Below the pieces are notes generated by a model. It did not search any database. It was not told the DNA's origin and worked only from the letters and a program-made list of their open reading frames with translations. The position numbers and the translations under genes are program-made. 64,000 bases of DNA from Pontiella sp. (GTDB taxonomy: Bacteria > Verrucomicrobiota > Kiritimatiellia > Kiritimatiellales > Pontiellaceae): NCBI GenBank assembly GCA_050290185.1, contig JBNKHE010000002.1, forward strand, positions 256,001 through 320,000. Reading direction: 5' to 3'. Shown here in pieces: positions 62,601-64,000 of the stretch (positions are counted from its first letter, which is position 1; each line of letters opens with the position of its first letter).

Positions 62601-62812
62601 CAGGCATTGGTGGTCCCATCAAAGACGGCCGCGCCGTTGGTGAAGGTCACGCCCGACATCACGGTTCCATCCATGCCGTTGCCCGAAGCATCCGAGGCAT
62701 CCGTAGCCAACGGGTAATGGGCGATTAGGTCCAGATTCAGATCCACTGCTGCGCTTGCCGCTCCGCACAGAACAAGTGCGAGCGAAGCCGTATGTATAAA
62801 GTTTTTACTCAC
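56609..62812 (-). CDS. Giant secreted protein: LamG domain, four RCC1/BLIP-II-like repeat blocks alternating with bacterial TSP3-like Asp-rich repeat blocks, C-terminal putative sorting domain
   Basis: Likely GTG start at 62812 with GGGA RBS; 37-aa AIAAG-x-x-HSLALL-x-DGSVIGWG-x-N-x-x-GQ repeats; DSDSDGL-x-D-x-x-E repeats; ends CFYRVEVSLH. Confidence 0.88.
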   Translation of the reverse strand: MSKNFIHTASLALVLCGAASAAVDLNLDLIAHYPLATDASDASGNGMDGTVMSGVTFTNGAAVFDGTTNAWIDLPDGFDNFTNGFSFTGWVRYDSFDENYSRVFDFSLGPDNNNILLGHTGFNNSLIYEVRPGTGGWDVPSFYVQGQWDHIALVQASSGQISLYRNGVNIGASTTLALPAYITRTNNFLGRSAWGVDGYLKGALRELRFYNRALGTSEVAALNPDADMDGDGITNQKELDNGLDPAVSNLGLDSDSDGLSDIDEVNTYETDPLKRDSDSDTLTDYMEVHYLGTDPLLADSDSDGLDDQLELPQVIAWGSNSHGETNVPSSVTNAVDIAAGGYHSLALLSDGSVIGWGSNGDGQTTVPASVTNAVAIAGGGNHSLALLSNGSVIGWGRNNYGQTTIPSSVTNVVAISAGLSHSLALQADGSVIAWGDNSYGQTAVPGSVTNAVAISAGLNHNLTLLADGSVIGWGQNNQGQTSVPLSVTNGAAISAGAVHSLALLDDGSVLGWGWNYYGQTNIPASVINAMSISAGGYHNLMLNIALDPLNPDTDSDGLLDGQEVNAGLDPTVSNVGLDSDSDGLSDIDEVSSYETDPLNSDSDSDGLLDGTEVNTVGTDPLNADSDSDGLSDGAEVNTYGTNPLKADSDSDGLSDLDEVNTYGSNPLKADSDSDGLSDLDEVNTYGTNPANRDSDGDTITDYMEIHYLGTNPLSADSDSDGIDDQFEMPQVVGAGINGRGQLNVPASVTNAVSISAGGDQSLALLSDGSLIGWGDNAGIPASATNVVAISSGSFHGLALRADGSVVGWGDNTYGQISAPASVTHAVAIAAGGYHSLALLSNGSVVGWGQSDYGQATVPSSVTNAVAVAAGRVHSLALLSNGTVVAWGYGFNGQTTVPASVTNAVAIAAGELHSLALLSNGSVIAWGYGSDGQTTVPASVTNAVAIAAGETHSLALLGDGSVIGWGKDNYGQITGPSAVPHAIAIAAGSYHSLTLSVTQDPLDSDSDSDGLLDGAEVNTYGTDPLNPDSDSDGLSDGAEVNTYGTNPLKEDTDSDGLSDAQEVNAGLDPTVSNVGQDSDSDGLSDIDEMNTYGTDPLNVDSDSDGLLDGTEVNTFGTDPANPDTDSDGLDDDSEINTYGTNPLKRDSDGDTITDYIEIHNLGTNPLKVDSDSDGLDDQLELPQLIAWGNNSHGETNVPSSVTNAVTIAAGFSHSLALLADGSVAAWGDDTYGQTNMPSSVTNAVAIAAGWYHNLALLPDGSVVGWGRNNDGQTNVPAAVTNAVAISAGGYHSLALLADGSVIGWGGGSQSQTNVPDFVTNAVAIAAGGYHSAALLDDGSVIGWGFNANGESTVPVSATNAVVIAAGKNHSLALRADGSIIGWGYNGYGENTSPASVTNAVAVAAGGNYSLALLADRSVIGWGRNDYGQTNVPVSVTNAREISAGQFHCLTLSATFDPLNADMDSDGLLDGEEVNAYGTDPMNPDSDSDGLSDGAEVNTYGTNPLKEDTDSDGLSDAQEINLGLDPTVSNVGLDSDSDGLSDLDEVNTYGTDPLDSDSDLDGLTDGAEVNTVGTNPLNSDSDSDGLLDGQEVNSGLDPLVSNVGLDSDSDGLSDIDEVNKYGTDPLNADSDSDTITDYMEIHYLGTNPLKADSDSDGLDDLLEMPEIIAWGDNSAGQITIPVSATHAVAVAAGWNHNLALLTDGSVIAWGWNDNGQTNVPSSVSNAVAIAAGGLHSLALLADGSVIAWGYGFNGQTNVPASATNVVAITSGGSHSLALLADGSVIGWGYNGYGQTTVPASVTNAVSIAAGSGHSLALLADGSVIGWGRHDFGQTAIPASVTNAEAISAGLFHSLALLADGSVIAWGDNSYGQTTVPASVTNAVAIASGLYHNLALLADGSVVGWGDDTTGQTTIPASATHAIAISAGTGHSLALSATLDPLNPDSDSDGLPDGWEVAHSLNPTNSADAALDVDGDGANAYAEYVADTDPQNPGDRFRIEQAILGSSNTFTFTGSPARFYTLYWSTNLANSTGWQPVQGQSFFPGTGPGTMLSDTNQLPACFYRVEVSLH

Positions 62813-62956
62813 TTCAATTTCCCTTTCAATTCCGCTTGGAAAAGCATGTTCTATTCCTGTTTCCAGAAAATTAGCCATCAATAACGGTTCTGGATCGAAT
62901 GGCACCCAGTCAAGGCGTATTGAATGGATTTTCCAAGCATTCAGCTCCTCGTCCGG

Positions 62957-63058
62957 GCAGGCGAGCCGCCTGCGATACGTCTACCGTACCGCCCGCTGCC
63001 AGCGGGCTTCGGAGCCGCTAGGATGGCGGCGATACAAACTGTACCGCAGTTCCGCGGT
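62957..63058. repeat. Cluster of four REP-like hairpins in alternating orientation (same family as those in the radical SAM gene)
   Basis: Units at 62957-62978 (-), 62986-63007 (+), 63014-63035 (-) and 63041-63058 (+, degenerate), each GTA(C/T)CGC plus hairpin. Confidence 0.8.
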
Positions 63059-63083
63059 CCGATCCGGTCACCGAGGTCGGCGG

Positions 63084-63158
63084 CAACGCCAAGATCGCAG
63101 AGAGAGAATACAAAAAACCTGCTTCGCGAATCTTAGAGTCCTATGCGCCTTTGCGTTG
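63084..63158. repeat. Degenerate palindromic repeat (~9-nt subunit family)
   Basis: CAACGCCAAGATCGCAGAG...CCTATGCGCCTTTGCGTTG just after the helicase stop. Confidence 0.55.
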
Positions 63159-63168
63159 AACCGTGGAA

Positions 63169-64000
63169 TCAAAAGAACCCGCCGTCGTTCTGGAGCAGGT
63201 CTTCGGGTATTTCGGAAATGAAGCGCGAGGGATCGAGGAAGATCATGCCGCCGTCGCGTTGGCGGCGCACCATCGGCGAGCAGAGAAACAGCTCGTCCTC
63301 GGCGCGGGTGACGGCGACGTAGAAGAGCCGGCGCTCTTCGGCATCGCCCGATTCCTCGATCGACTTCTTGCTTGGGAACATGTCCTCGTTGACGAACAGG
63401 ATGAAAACCGCCTTCCACTCCAACCCCTTGGCCTGGTGGACCGTGGACAAGCGGATGGAGTTGCGGCTGTCTTCGTCGGACGGCGCCTTGCCGCTCTCGG
63501 CATCCAAATTAGTGAGCAGGGCAATCTCCTGGAGGAAGGATTCTGCTGAATCAAACTTCACGGTGAAATCGATCAAACCATCAATATCCTCCTGCCGGAA
63601 TTTATGGTTATCGAAGTTTTCAACCATGTATTCTTTATAGAACGCCTTCACAAAACGGAAGATGACTTCCCCCGGATCGTTGGAAAGATTTTCTTCGCGA
63701 TAGGCGATGAAAATATCCTGAATCTTATGCCACTCGTCCTTCGCCGCCGCGGGCAATGCTGAAAGTACCGCCTCGCAAGTTTCGGGACGCTGTAAGTTTA
63801 CACGGCTTCCAAGCTTCTTGAAAATTTTAACCGCGGTTTTGGCTCCAACCTTTGGAAATAACTGAACGAGGCGGGAGAAAGCCATTTCATTGGCCGGATT
63901 GACCAGAAGTTGCAAGAGACAGCAGACATCCTTGATATGCGCCTTCTCGAAAAAGCGGACGCCTGATGTTAGCGCATAAGGCATGCCCGCCCGATTGAGC
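63169..64000 (-). CDS. ATP-dependent SF1 DNA helicase (UvrD/PcrA family), C-terminal part
   Basis: G-x-RFFE-x-x-HIKD, LSTVHQAKGLEW (motif V), EERRLFYVAVTRA (motif VI), PSRF; runs off the window end. Confidence 0.92.
   Translation of the reverse strand, partial: LNRAGMPYALTSGVRFFEKAHIKDVCCLLQLLVNPANEMAFSRLVQLFPKVGAKTAVKIFKKLGSRVNLQRPETCEAVLSALPAAAKDEWHKIQDIFIAYREENLSNDPGEVIFRFVKAFYKEYMVENFDNHKFRQEDIDGLIDFTVKFDSAESFLQEIALLTNLDAESGKAPSDEDSRNSIRLSTVHQAKGLEWKAVFILFVNEDMFPSKKSIEESGDAEERRLFYVAVTRAEDELFLCSPMVRRQRDGGMIFLDPSRFISEIPEDLLQNDGGFF

Larger units (their letters stand above)
54198..63280. mobile_element. Putative integrated islet (~9 kb) bounded by helicase 3'-end direct repeats; no integrase gene
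   Basis: Repeats offset by 8971 bp with a 40-bp identical core; cargo is two related surface-protein genes. Confidence 0.55.

Overview
Bacterial chromosomal window with moderately high GC. The gene content and the style of its large secreted proteins suggest a PVC-superphylum organism such as Kiritimatiellota/Pontiella (inference, not verified). Housekeeping genes (can, lpxB, lpxI, pfp, rbr, aminopeptidase P, ruvC, acnB, def, mtnA, class II aldolase, prmA, partial UvrD/PcrA helicase) are interleaved with GH2 and GH43 glycosidases, a 9-heme cytochrome-NrfC-NrfD module, and several giant modular surface proteins (autotransporter, LamG, Calx-beta-like, RCC1, TSP3-like). Main observations: (1) an apparently intact REP-associated tyrosine transposase (RAYT, HUH/Y1) domain lies in frame inside a B12-binding radical SAM gene, bracketed by nested direct repeats whose spacings are multiples of 3, with further REP hairpins translated in frame; (2) a second palindrome family built from ~9-nt subunits, one copy of which still encloses the C-terminal remnant of a GxxExxY-like gene; (3) an ~9 kb integrase-less islet bounded by two diverged, mostly synonymous copies of the helicase 3' end; (4) a shared C-terminal 'F[YF][RK][VL]' domain on six otherwise unrelated predicted exported proteins, a candidate sorting signal. 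All calls come from reading the sequence and ORF translations; no searches were run.
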